Shown: piece by piece, positions 20,928 to 31,796 of the stretch
How positions within the stretch are numbered: position 1 is the first letter of the stretch
Layout of the letters: the number at the start of each line of letters is the position of its first letter
Origin: Amoebophrya sp. A120
Lineage: Eukaryota; Protista; Dinoflagellata
DNA length: 64,000 nucleotides
Assembly: GCA_905178155.1 (NCBI GenBank)
Contig: CAJINV010000001.1
Span: 14,095,265-14,159,264, forward strand
Direction of reading: 5' to 3'
Notes under the pieces: generated by a model
The model's input: only the letters and a program-made list of their open reading frames with translations
What the model was told of the DNA's origin: nothing
Databases searched by the model: none
Translations under genes and position numbers: made by a program

Positions 20928-22724
20928 TCATGGTCCTATGTGTGTTTCTCCTTCTCGAATACAAGAATCGTCGCTAGTATCGTTGTAGTGGATCTTGTAC
21001 AAAACGGCATTTTTGCCGGAGAAGTCTAGAGTTGTTTTCTTTATGCCAGGATCTTTGTGCATCAAGTATTCCAACAGATCTGGATAGCTCTTGACGAGCT
21101 TTCCGGTCCGTGGATGCTTTCGGTTTGGAAACATTTTTGAACAGGTACAGCAGGGCACGATGGCGAAGGGCTTCTTGTGCGCGAGCGCGAAGTCGACCAC
21201 GCTCTCGGCTGCGCCGTCAAGGTGCATGCCGAGAAAAAGATCCGTTTTGTGTATCAGCAACTCGCGGACGAAAATGTCATCGCTCGTCACTTCCATGGCC
21301 GAAACTAAATCCTGGGACTCTTCCACTACCAATGTCGAGAGCCGTCCTTCGCCAGTAGCTGGCAGCGGAGACGCGTCTTCTTCGTCGCGTTCGTCCTCTG
21401 CCTTCACCAGTCGGCCACCACGAAGTTTCTTGTACTTCTGGAACTTTGTCGATTCGCCGATGAGAACTTCGTCCGCGACCCGCTGCCGGGCTCTAGCAAG
21501 AAAGTCGCGCCAAAGTTGTGCCGGAGCCTGCCCATCATGGTTGTGTTCGGCCACATTTCGTGTGAGTTCATGGTCGAAAAAAAGCCGCACGTGTCGAATG
21601 AGGCCAGGAGACGGTGTATTATGTTGCTCCAAGAATGCCCCCGGCTTCTCGTCTCCGCCATCATCATGCTTTTCAGACAATTTTTTGTATCCCCGTGTTG
21701 CCGATGCCGTCGAGCTCTTGTTCGCCAGCGCCTTTTCCAGTGGCACGTCGACATACGGTAAAAGCCGCGGGTTGCAGTGATAGCCCTTCTTTTCCAGCTT
21801 GTCGCTGAAAGGTTTGAAATCTGAGCGACGTGGGTCCCAGAGCACAGTATCGTGGCCATTCAGGTATGACAGTTCGAAGCTCAGTTCACCCTTGCCACCT
21901 GCGACGTCCATGATGGTCAAGCGCCGCTTTCTGCGCTGCTCTTTGCTACTAGCATCGATTTCTTGATCATGGCGCTGCAACTGAGGAAAAATCTCATCGA
22001 TAAGCCATCGGCGAAACACACCAACGCGGCCAGACTTCCCAAACATAGGTAAAATTTTCGGCGGCTTTTGCTTAGCTAACACTTGGGCTGCTGGGCTCGC
22101 GTCCTCTTGTGCTGGAAGGCCACATGAACCTTGGACCGGCTCACAAAATAAAACCTCCAGGCGAGCGCGGGACGTATTCGCAGCTGCATCACTCTCTCTG
22201 TGTTCGTGTTGTGATGAGTTGCTCTGAGCCACCAGGTCCTCCGCGTCACTAGATCCTGCCGAGGTGCTCGGCGTCGGTGCAAAGCCGGAAGATGAGAGAA
22301 GTTTCAGTTTCTCTGTCGTCGTGTGAGGGTGTTCTTCTCTTTTTCCACCAGCAACTTGCTCGTCGTGCAGGAAGAAACAGTCCTCGCCGAGAAAGCATCT
22401 GCCTCGTCTTTGAAAGTGAGGACAAATAGGAGGCCGCATGCTATCGGCAGATGGACACATGCCGAGCGCCCTCACCACGACATCCTCTGCACAGGCCAGG
22501 TGGACCCATTGAAATCGTCCCGTGCGCTTTACCAAGGGTTCTTTAACCGGCGAAGTTGTGGATGTAGCCTGCTTGTTCTCAAAATACTCCACTAACTGGG
22601 CCTCTGAAAGCGGCCAGATTTCGCCGTCCACGGGAATCTCAGCAGCACACACGAGACAAGTCGTGGCCTTGTTGGCGCGCTTTGCAGGCGGCCGCAAGGG
22701 TGCCATTTTGCTATTTACTTGCAT
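20928..22724 (-). CDS. CCCH zinc finger plus SAM-dependent methyltransferase-like protein
   Basis: CPHFQRRGRCFLGEDCFFLH (CCCH); IMDVAGGKGELSFEL (motif I); LGMHLDGAAESVVDFALAHKKPFAIVPCC; additional N-terminal CxxC...HxxC. Confidence 0.8.
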   Translation of the reverse strand: MQVNSKMAPLRPPAKRANKATTCLVCAAEIPVDGEIWPLSEAQLVEYFENKQATSTTSPVKEPLVKRTGRFQWVHLACAEDVVVRALGMCPSADSMRPPICPHFQRRGRCFLGEDCFFLHDEQVAGGKREEHPHTTTEKLKLLSSSGFAPTPSTSAGSSDAEDLVAQSNSSQHEHRESDAAANTSRARLEVLFCEPVQGSCGLPAQEDASPAAQVLAKQKPPKILPMFGKSGRVGVFRRWLIDEIFPQLQRHDQEIDASSKEQRRKRRLTIMDVAGGKGELSFELSYLNGHDTVLWDPRRSDFKPFSDKLEKKGYHCNPRLLPYVDVPLEKALANKSSTASATRGYKKLSEKHDDGGDEKPGAFLEQHNTPSPGLIRHVRLFFDHELTRNVAEHNHDGQAPAQLWRDFLARARQRVADEVLIGESTKFQKYKKLRGGRLVKAEDERDEEDASPLPATGEGRLSTLVVEESQDLVSAMEVTSDDIFVRELLIHKTDLFLGMHLDGAAESVVDFALAHKKPFAIVPCCTCSKMFPNRKHPRTGKLVKSYPDLLEYLMHKDPGIKKTTLDFSGKNAVLYKIHYNDTSDDSCIREGETHIGP

Positions 22725-23318
22725 AAGTCAAATCTTGTTGCGTAGTTGGCCTTGGCATGGTTCTATTTCATTTGATTATCACTAGTCCTATTTCACGTCT
22801 CTATTGATGACCGCCTTCTCCTCGACTAACTACCACATGCCTTCGCAGCCTGCGCTCCCCTTCATGAATTATGACGCTCTCTAGATTTGTGACATGTTGA
22901 ACTCCACCAAACTAAAAGTTGGCACTGTGACATTGATCACAACATGGGCAAGCGAGTTTATGTTGCGTTTGAACTCGATAAACTCGGAGTAGGACAACTG
23001 GATCTATTCTGTTCACAACTTTTTGTTACTTGTAGAACAAGATCATTCTCATTTTGGATGACGTTCAAGGCACTGCGGTGACCTCAGAACCAGGCGGAGT
23101 TCCCTCTGTACCGCCTTCATTTGTCCGCGTCGTTAACGACAGAGCAATGTATCTATTTCATCTTTACACGTGGTTCTTTTTTGTGCTGTTGTTCAATCAG
23201 GGATCTTATGGAATGTCTATTCTCATCGGGAATGGAGATCAAGCGATTCTTTTCGCCAATTAGTCAGATGATAGGCACACTTCCACCGACTGTCGGGAAG
23301 ATGTTCAAAGTCCGGAAT

Positions 23319-24557
23319 TCATATGTCTTGAAGCAAGCCGAGTGGAATGGGGAGCGGACGCAGTCCGCAGTATTCCCGAGCGTAGGGCTTTGCCTCGTAC
23401 TGCTGGTGCTTTCTCTCCGCGAGGTAGAAGACGTTTTGGTCTCCGTCCACAATCTCCGTTCGCACGATGGAATCCTCGTCCATCGATGCCGGATATTTTT
23501 CTGGGAACTGTTTTCTCACCGCTTTCGCAAACGCAGCCTTCGTCTCTTCGGCAATCTGTTTTTGGTTCTCGTTGTAGTACACAATTATCGAGCGGTACTG
23601 GCTACCACTATCGTTCCCCTGCTGGCAGTACTTGGTCGGGTCATGCGCGATCCAGAAGTGGCGCAGGATCTCGCGGTAGGAAATCTTAGACGGTTGAAAC
23701 TGAACCCGGACCACTTCTGCGTGATTCGTCACACCCCGGCAGACTTCGGAATAGGTCGGGAACGCCGTTGGCCCTCCGCAGTACCCCGCCTGGGTACTAA
23801 CGACCCCGGGCAAGTGCCAGAATCTGCTCTCGGCACACCAGAAGCAGCCGAAGCCAAACACTGCGGACTCGACAGTTTTCGCGGCAAAGGAGCCCGGTTT
23901 TGGGTTATTTGTGGGACCGGTCAATTTGCGTGGCATGGAAAGGGTAGTTACAGCTGCGGGATACGAGGCTTGGAAACTCGCTTCGTCTGCAGTTCTATTA
24001 TCGGCAACAACCAAAGGCCCATCAAACACGTAATGCCTTTCGTCGGAATTGGGAAAGTCCATCGGCACCGCGTAGGTTGTGCGATCCGATTTCAAGCATC
24101 GGTCGATGGGCAGCAACGTTGTTTCTTTCTTTCCTCCGTAAGATGAACTCCCACCATCGTCGCCTGCGAGATTCGTCGTGTCGCCCATGACCAGCGACTT
24201 CTCGATGTTGATCGTCGCCAACTCGAGCTCTGTGTTGGCGAGCTGCTTTTGCAGATCGTTGATTGCCTCAGCATCCTCCCCTTCAAGCTCAATCCCTTCT
24301 TCTGGCAAGGGATCGTCTGCATTCTCATTATTTTGCTTGCTCTTCTCCTCCGCCGCTGTTATCGCAGAAGCGACTTTTTGTCCCAAGTCAATTTGTTTCA
24401 GCAGCACGTCGCGCGCCCGGTGTGCAAACTGGATTTCCTGTTGCAAACTCTCAATCTTCTCGCTGTTCTTGCGCATCTCCTCAGTCAGCATGCGCATGCG
24501 CTGTACGAGTGACATGTTTTCCCTGTCTGGGATCGGCGCAGGCACCGCGGTCGCCAT
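23319..24557 (-). CDS. msrA: Peptide methionine sulfoxide reductase A with N-terminal coiled-coil extension
   Basis: FGFGCFWCAE, GVVSTQAGYCGG, PTYSEVCRGVTNHAEVV, HDPT..QGNDSGSQYRS, FYLAERKHQQY, YCG. Confidence 0.93.
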   Translation of the reverse strand: MATAVPAPIPDRENMSLVQRMRMLTEEMRKNSEKIESLQQEIQFAHRARDVLLKQIDLGQKVASAITAAEEKSKQNNENADDPLPEEGIELEGEDAEAINDLQKQLANTELELATINIEKSLVMGDTTNLAGDDGGSSSYGGKKETTLLPIDRCLKSDRTTYAVPMDFPNSDERHYVFDGPLVVADNRTADEASFQASYPAAVTTLSMPRKLTGPTNNPKPGSFAAKTVESAVFGFGCFWCAESRFWHLPGVVSTQAGYCGGPTAFPTYSEVCRGVTNHAEVVRVQFQPSKISYREILRHFWIAHDPTKYCQQGNDSGSQYRSIIVYYNENQKQIAEETKAAFAKAVRKQFPEKYPASMDEDSIVRTEIVDGDQNVFYLAERKHQQYEAKPYAREYCGLRPLPIPLGLLQDI

Positions 24558-25157
24558 TTTGCTTAACTTGCCGAAAGAGAGTTCGTTTACCTGGAATTGT
24601 TCAAGTTGTTGTTGAAAATGAAGCGCTTACTTTGAAGAAATGGCGCAAGCACTGATATACGTACACCTTTGCGTGTCAGCGTCACCGGCAATAGATTCAT
24701 GGGTGGTGTCACGGGACTTGAGGATCTACTTAGCGTGAGACTACGAGGTAGCGAATTGACTTATCGAGCACCGCGAGGTGTACGGTTGAGACACTGTCAG
24801 ATCACTTGGTTTTCCACGACCGAATGATTAGTATTCATCAATGTCGAAAATCTGCATCGGCACCAGTAGATGATCTCGAAGCTTGACTTGCTGCTAAATA
24901 TTAGTAAATAGTACCGAAGATACACTCGATCAATAGCACTTGTTTCGAACTTCAAAAAAGCAAACCGACAGCGCGCTCTCGGCACGAAGGGTCAATGATG
25001 ATACATTGTCATGCGTTTGACAGCGTTTTGCTTTTGGCTTGTTTCTTCTCAGTGCGGTTTGGGAACACACAGACCACGCGACTGCGCAGAATTATGCTAT
25101 TTGCTTGAGCTTGTGCTTTACTCGTACTTCATACATTTCTTTTCATGGGTGCTGGAG

Positions 25158-25836
25158 CTAGTTTGATACAAGCATCACAAGCGAAACAGCCAGTAGCCCA
25201 ATTGCGGGAGCCAGCCCAAGGCCCAGGAAGCTGAGTTCGGTCCTAATGTCTGCAAACAGTAGGCAGCTGCCTATGTTGAGGGATAGTTCTATGATGAGAA
25301 ACGCGTAGCCAAACAGGTTTACCCACGCGTCAAGATTTAGGACGTATATGGAGCTACTGTAGAAGTATGCAGGTAAAAGTGTCTGCGTGGCGGTCAGAAC
25401 AGAGCTCGAAAGTGAGTACTTCAAATTTTCGGTCTTGTTACCCACGCGCGTACACCAATATCTCAATCCTTGCAGCACCGGACTGATGAGAAGAAGAATC
25501 TGTTGTATCAATCGTGAGAGCAGGGGTGCTGTGGTTGTGACACAGTGTATGCAAGGACGAATTAGTACAAAAGCGATATCGCAAAAACACATGCAATGAC
25601 TGTACTAAATCCAAAACGTCGTTGAGGACAATTGCAAGAACCACAAGGAACAAATGGAAAAAAGCAAATACCGTTTCTTCTACAACGCGTGACCTCGTTA
25701 CGGGTCCGTACATGTTCGTTTTGCAGATCAACGTGATGGCGTTCAGGAGGAGCCATACGCGAAAGTAGTAGGCGGATGCCTCTGCGATGATTGCCCACAG
25801 CAGGCTGCTTTGCGTACTGTTGAGGCCCGGAGGCAT
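25158..25836 (-). CDS. TMEM17/TMEM216-like ciliary transition-zone membrane protein (exons 25836-25672, 25499-25158; 168 aa)
   Basis: Several TM segments; LRYW..RVGNKTE and IYVLNLDAWVN resemble the Transmemb_17 family; GT-AG intron 25671-25500 joins two ORFs. Confidence 0.65.
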
Positions 25837-26286
25837 CCTGAAGAGACTTTGGCGCCGCGGCGCTGCGGTCGCGAGCTTAGCACGGAAGAGCCGACTGCTA
25901 ACGACGAAGGCGTACCATCATGAAGTCGTGTAGAAGTCCTTCGACCTTGCAGTCTCTCGGAGAAGTAGACGAGTTTCAGTTTTTGTTTTGGTGTAGAAGT
26001 AGATCATTCTGTGATTATAGGCTTTTTCTGAAAAGCTAAAGGAAGACGCAGAAGTGTTGATCGGGTTCTGTCCACCGGTAGAAAATTCTCCCTCCCACAC
26101 TCACTGGTTTTTTCTGCACTAGTACGACCACGTCGGGAACACTGCATATGTAAAGTACTTGCTTTCTCTGCAGCAAGTCGACGTCATCTTGTGCGTTGGG
26201 CTACTCGCATTCGCAGATGCGAGTACTGGTTTCATTTGCGTTTTCTGTTGCAAGGGCAAACGCTCCTCCTCGCTTCTCCGGAGCAT

Positions 26287-27788
26287 TCAAAGCTCGTTCA
26301 TGGAAGGTGTCCACCACTTACTCATGTCGATGAGAATCTCTTGCCTTTCCGCCTCCTTTGCAAGTTTCGCTGACCAACAAAACAGCACCAGGCAGATGCG
26401 GCAAGCGCCTTCAGTGTGCGGCCGGAAGACGAACCGGTGCGCCAGATTGTTGTTGGCCGTGACACCGTGAATACTCAAATTCGCCGTCGGCGGAATACTG
26501 CGAACGTGGCTAGGTAGTAGCTGAGGGCCTGTAGTGGTTGTAGCCGTAGTATCACGCTCGATCGGGCACCACTCTTGCAGACACGTATTCCTCATTCCGT
26601 CAGGACGTCGGCGGCGCTCAAGCGAGCCTGTGTCAGTTTCTTCGTCGGTCGTTACACGACGCAGCGGCACGTTGAAGAGCGGATTTTCTTCACAACTTCT
26701 AGTGGTCCCTTCATACTGCTTTTCCGTTGCAGCTGTCAGAGTGTCGTTGACGAGATCCAAAACTACGGTGCACAGATGCCGGCGTCTGTCGAAAGAGTCT
26801 TGGTGCCACCCGAGGAGACAAGGCTGCTCATACAGCAACAAATCGGCATGGACCACGTCGAGGTTGAGAATCCTCTGTAGCTTCTTAATCTCGTCCACAA
26901 ACACTGACACGCACGGTTCGTGAGTCGCTGCTGATGGTTTGTTCGCTGCATTCGGTGTCTTTATTACGGATACGGCTGTCGTACCACAACGAGCGGAATT
27001 TTCCAATGAGGTGTTATCATAGCCAAGAAACGAATCCAGGTTGATGCGAGTGGGGCGGTCAGGGCGGCTCCAAGCGAGATGCGGGAACAGGCGGGATAGC
27101 TTCGCTGCGGATTGGCGATAGAGCTGGCCATCTGTTTGCTTGGCAACGCGGCCAGTAGTTGAATTATTGCTTCCAGCCGCCGTCCTCCTCTTATGTGGTG
27201 CAGGCGAGGCGAGTGGAAGGCTCGACCCAGGAGAATAACGGAAGGCGAGCGGCTCCGGATGACTTGCGATGTCTGCCGCCGACGGCGGAAATTTGATTTT
27301 TGGCGTACTGTTGCAATCTCCCTTCTGTCCACTTTCATCCTGCTCATTCACGAAGGACAGCCGATGGCTTTTCATTGCTGGGTCGCCTCTGCTGTGTCGG
27401 AGGTTATGTGTGAATTCAGTGAGGCCCGTAGACCTGATTCCCACCGCACGACGGACTTTTCTAGGCCGGTCGAGTCCAAGACCCACAGGAAGCCGTGCCA
27501 GAGGAGCAGAAAAATGAAAACGGTCAAGATTCCGCGAATCACCTGCGCACGAAAATCCGTGTCGGCAATGATTTCAAAGTCATCTTCGCACGAAGCTGGG
27601 TCTGATCTTCTCCGGAATCTGGTCTGTTCTGATTTCAGCAAAGTTTTTGTTGGCAAATCATCGCGCTGCTTGACAGAACCAGCGTCTCGGTCTACTTCAT
27701 CAATCAAACCGTCGCACCCACCGGTAGCTCTCTTGCGATTGCGAATGGTCGCTATCTTCTCGGACTCAACATCTGGCACACCGACCAT
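26287..27788 (-). CDS. 2OG-Fe(II) oxygenase-like protein, possibly with upstream TM-containing exon (ORFs 27372-27788 and 26287-27486)
   Basis: LLLYEQPCLLGWHQDS (HxD), later SIHGV and RICLVL (distal His and 2OG-binding Arg). Junction unresolved; candidate 56-nt intron 27433-27378. Confidence 0.55.
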
Positions 27789-28203
27789 GTTTTTTTCTTT
27801 TTCGCTTTCTTGATAAGTACAAGTAAGTTATCGACGGCTCCAGAGTCTGAATCTAGTAAGTGGAACTGAATCGAAGCATGAAAAAAGCATACAGATAGAG
27901 GACCCTAGAGACAGTAGATAACCTTAACCATCCCATCAATGTCACCGCGGTTGAGTTGTTGGACAGTGCAACGAGAAAAACCCAAAGAAATCGGTATTGA
28001 GACTGCTATATGGAGCTTGAGGGGAACACGGACTCATCTTCACTAAAAGTGTAATAAGCTACAGCGAGGTGCTGCGAGCGGCGTGTAGCTGCTCTCCATC
28101 TTGTTCCTGGAGCTCTGGCTGCACACAAACAAAGGAAAATTCAGGATGCCTAGTCTCGTCCTCACCATCACAATTTTACAAGTTCTTCCCCGTCTCCGTA
28201 CTT

Positions 28204-29686
28204 TCACGGCTTGTAGTACTTCGTGGGGACAAAGGGCATCTTCACCACGGTCGCGTCGGCCTTCTTGCTTCGGATCTGCACTTTCACCTTCGTGCCTACT
28301 TTGTTAAACGGCTTGTCCAGGTAGCCCATCGCGATCTTTTGGTTCAGAATCGGGCTCTCCCGCCCGCTTGTGACGGTCCCGATTTTTTCCCCTGCGTCCG
28401 TCACCAAGGCCATGCCCTCCCGTGCGGGCACCGGTCCTTCGACGAGCAAGCCGATTCTTCTTTTTTTATCGGTCTTGTTGTTCAGTTGGTCAAGAATCAC
28501 GTCGCTCCCGAGAAAGTTTGCGCGGTCCCCGATTCTGCGGCTTTTCGCTATAGTCCACGCGAGACTAGCCTCGATCGGGGTGGTAGACTCATCCAGATCG
28601 TGGCCGTACAAGCACAAGCCTGCCTCCAGCCGGAGGGCGTCGCGGACCCCGAGACCGGCGAGGCGCACATCTTCAGCTTCGACCAGCTGGTCCCAAACGT
28701 TGGCCGCGACGGTTTTTCCCGGTGCAAAAATCTCGAACCCATCCTCGCCCGTGTACCTGAAATTTTTGTTGGAAAGGGCTTCTGGTACTTTGATGCAGTG
28801 TCCGTGATAGAGGTCCAGTAAAAGTACTTAGTCATATGTAGTTTCATAAAGTCACTCTTTACCCGGCTCTGGTGACGAAGCACTTTTCTCCGCAGAGCGG
28901 GAGCCACACTGCTGCTCCGAAGGGCAAGCTCTGCAGGGATTGGCCCGACAATTTTTCAAGAGTTGCGGCAGCCGCTGGTCCTTGCAGGGCAAATAGGCCT
29001 CGGTCGTCCCAGTGTACTTCCATCGCGCAGTCCGCAGATTCCTTTTTCACAAAGGCTGCGAGCTGCATCTCCAGATGCGCCAAATCTTTCGTCGCGCACC
29101 CAGCATTGACTACTTGGTAGATATAGTTGGGACTACTACTCTCTGCGCTCTCATCTACCCTGGTCAACATGGTATCGTCTAGAATGCCGCCCGACGGCAG
29201 CGTCAGGAGACTCAGGCCGCCCTTCATGTTCGGCATGGCCTGCACATCCGCCACGGTTACGGTCTCCAAAAACTTGGCCGCGTCTTTTCCAAACCACTTG
29301 ATCGAGCACATGTGGCTTACGTCAAACAGACTGCATTTCGTCCTCGTCCACTTCACACTGTCAACGATGGAAAGCGCTTGCTTGTTGCCCTCCCCGGCGT
29401 ATTGCACAGGCAAAGCGTAGCCGGCAAAGTCGACCATCTTGCCTCCATGTCGTTCGTGCGACTCCCGAACCACCGTGCCCTTCAGGGGCATGGCAGCCGC
29501 GGTTGCGAAAGATCGGTGGACGAGTAGACCACGCGGTGACGGTGTTGCACTGCATCGTGAAAGCGCTTCTGCTGCGCATGACTGAGCTGAGCGGGCTTGC
29601 GATCCTTGGCGAACCAGAAACCTTCCTCGTGTGGTCGCCGCCCCGGACGAGGGCAGTCTGGCCTTGACAAACGACGACACTGTCAT
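28204..29686 (-). CDS. gcvT: Glycine cleavage system T protein (aminomethyltransferase), mitochondrial precursor (exons 29686-28863, 28756-28204)
   Basis: GKMVDFAGYALPVQY, LFDVSHM, GGILDD, VVNAGC, ALQGP, TRAG|YTGEDGFEI, GLGVRDALRLEAGLCLYG; Arg/Ser-rich transit peptide; GT-AG intron 28862-28757. Confidence 0.96.
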
Positions 29687-30272
29687 GGTTTACTGGGAGA
29701 GCCAAGTTGAAAAGCAAACCTCTGTACGTAGTGCTGGGTTCTGTACTACTGTCCTTGATATACTAAAGTAGTCATTAGGAAGATGATCGCACCCTCACTT
29801 CTCGCTGGTCAGAGATCTACTGCTGATCGCTTTCAGCTTCACTCGACTTGCTCTCTTTCTGAACTTAACAGAGACAAGAAGTACTGAAGTAGACTGTGCT
29901 GATGAAGCGACATGAACACTCACCGGGTAACGTCGATGTAGATGTAGTCAGAGGGTTTCGCTCTCCGCTGCTCCTTCTTCTCCGCAGGTTCGTTTGCTTC
30001 GTCACACAACGAAATGGTATGACAACTTACGGCTTATCCTTATATATCTCTCCACGTGTGCGGAGCAAAGCAAATTTGGCTGAACGGGCACGAAAAGCAC
30101 AAGCCTCGCATCTGTTTTGATCTCTGGTTTTGAACTTTGAAAGTGCCTGCTTCTTCGAAGATTTGGTCCAGTGATACAACAAGGCCTCGCAGTACATGTT
30201 TTCGCAGTAGTACAGCTGCAGCGTGATTCGCGTGAAAATCTTCCGGTACTGGCCTGCTTCCTTCGTAAATCT

Positions 30273-31142
30273 TCATCGACTTTTCCTACTTGAGCCTCGA
30301 CTTGTCCCTCTTGCGGCGCCGCCGGCCACGGCTTTTGTGGCTTTGTGGTTAAAGTCCCATTCGTTTAGTGCCTCGGTGGCGTAGTACAACTGCAGAAAGT
30401 TCATGCCCTGCTTGAATACGTGCAGAGGGACGGCAACCATCACTGCGATGGAGGTAATTTGAAAAATTATGGCGTTTGTTGGCCCACCGTCTGACGTGAA
30501 ATACCTGTTGTGCATGTGGAATAATGGGTGTGAGTCAAGATCATGCACCGAGAAAAGCAGAAGAGCATTAGTTTTATTTTCGATTGATGCGTACTAGTTC
30601 GCGAAAACAAAAAAAAACGAATTCAAGTAGTACATGACGTAGAGCCCCGCGTAGACTAACTGCTCCGCTGCACAGACGGTGAAGAGCACTATTCTGGATT
30701 TGTAGTACAAGCGGATGAAGAAGTTTGCGTTGCTCATGTCCTTGTGCGACCCGGAGCCGGTCAACAGTGACGCGTACATGTGTGCCCAATGGGAGACGAG
30801 GTCGAGCACCATGAGTGCGAAGCATACTTGCGCGTAATCCAGGTACAGATGCGCTAGAATTGCGAGCAATATGTTACTCCCAAACCGGTCCGTGACCATA
30901 TCCAGGACGGCGCCGAGTTGTGAGCTCTGGTTGAAGTGCCTCGCCGCCATCCCGTCGAAGGCGTCGAGTATTGCCGAGAGGAAGTAGAAGCCCATAAACA
31001 GCGTCCAATCCGTGTACGCGTAGTGAAACGCGACAAAGGCGAAGATAACCCGGCCATACCCAATCAAGTTGGGAATGAAAAAGTAGGGACTGAGATGCGG
31101 TGATGCACTCGCATCTTGAGTTTTTCCCGAGGCGCCGGCCAT
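30273..31142 (-). CDS. PIS1: Phosphatidylinositol synthase (CDP-alcohol phosphatidyltransferase; exons 31142-30634, 30504-30273)
   Basis: FIPNLIGYGR, LDAFDGMAARHFNQSSQLGAVLDMVTDR, LDLVSHW, SHKD, KQGMNFLQL; GT-AG intron 30633-30505. Confidence 0.93.
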
Positions 31143-31796
31143 CGGGGCCGAATCAATAAGTTTCTGTACACAAAAAGTAGAAGACAAGGCTCAGAAGTTA
31201 ATATCGGGTGAAACAGACAGGAGAGCAATTGAGAGAGCGTTAGACTTAGTAGACATAAACCGGATTCGGGGCTGCAGACTTGATATCAAATTTGTGAAGT
31301 AGGGTAGTTATGGCCTTCATCATCATAAAAGACTCGGAGACAGGAGGGGTCTGATGTTGTTTTTAGGAGCCTGCCTTGCATACGTGCTGCAGCAGAATTG
31401 GAATGTTCTATTCGGAGTACTTACTTTACTACGTTTGATGGTACAGCTTGGACATACAGTAAACATGATACTCGACTATATTGTTTATTCTTATTACGTG
31501 CGGATAATTGACATTATACCTAGTCGCTTGTCCACCTCATCTGCCCGTCTTGTTCTTACGAATTGTGAAGAGGCAGAGTCGTCAACCGAAGCGGGAGCAC
31601 CTGATTGCATAACAAAAAACAGACAAAAAATTGGCGGCTTCAAAAAATGGCATTCTTGGCAGAGAGAGCAAATTAACTTTAACCTTGCCGGTTGAACAGA
31701 AGGCAAATAATGTGGATCAGAAGATCGATTCCGATGGGCTTATTTTTTCTGTACGGACCACCACCGGGTCGAGCTCGACTAGGATTGTCACTAAAT

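Noticed and set aside
23121-24146. Long plus-strand ORFs (341 aa here; also 41244-42092 and 28069-28821)
   Set aside because: Antisense shadows of well-supported minus-strand genes.
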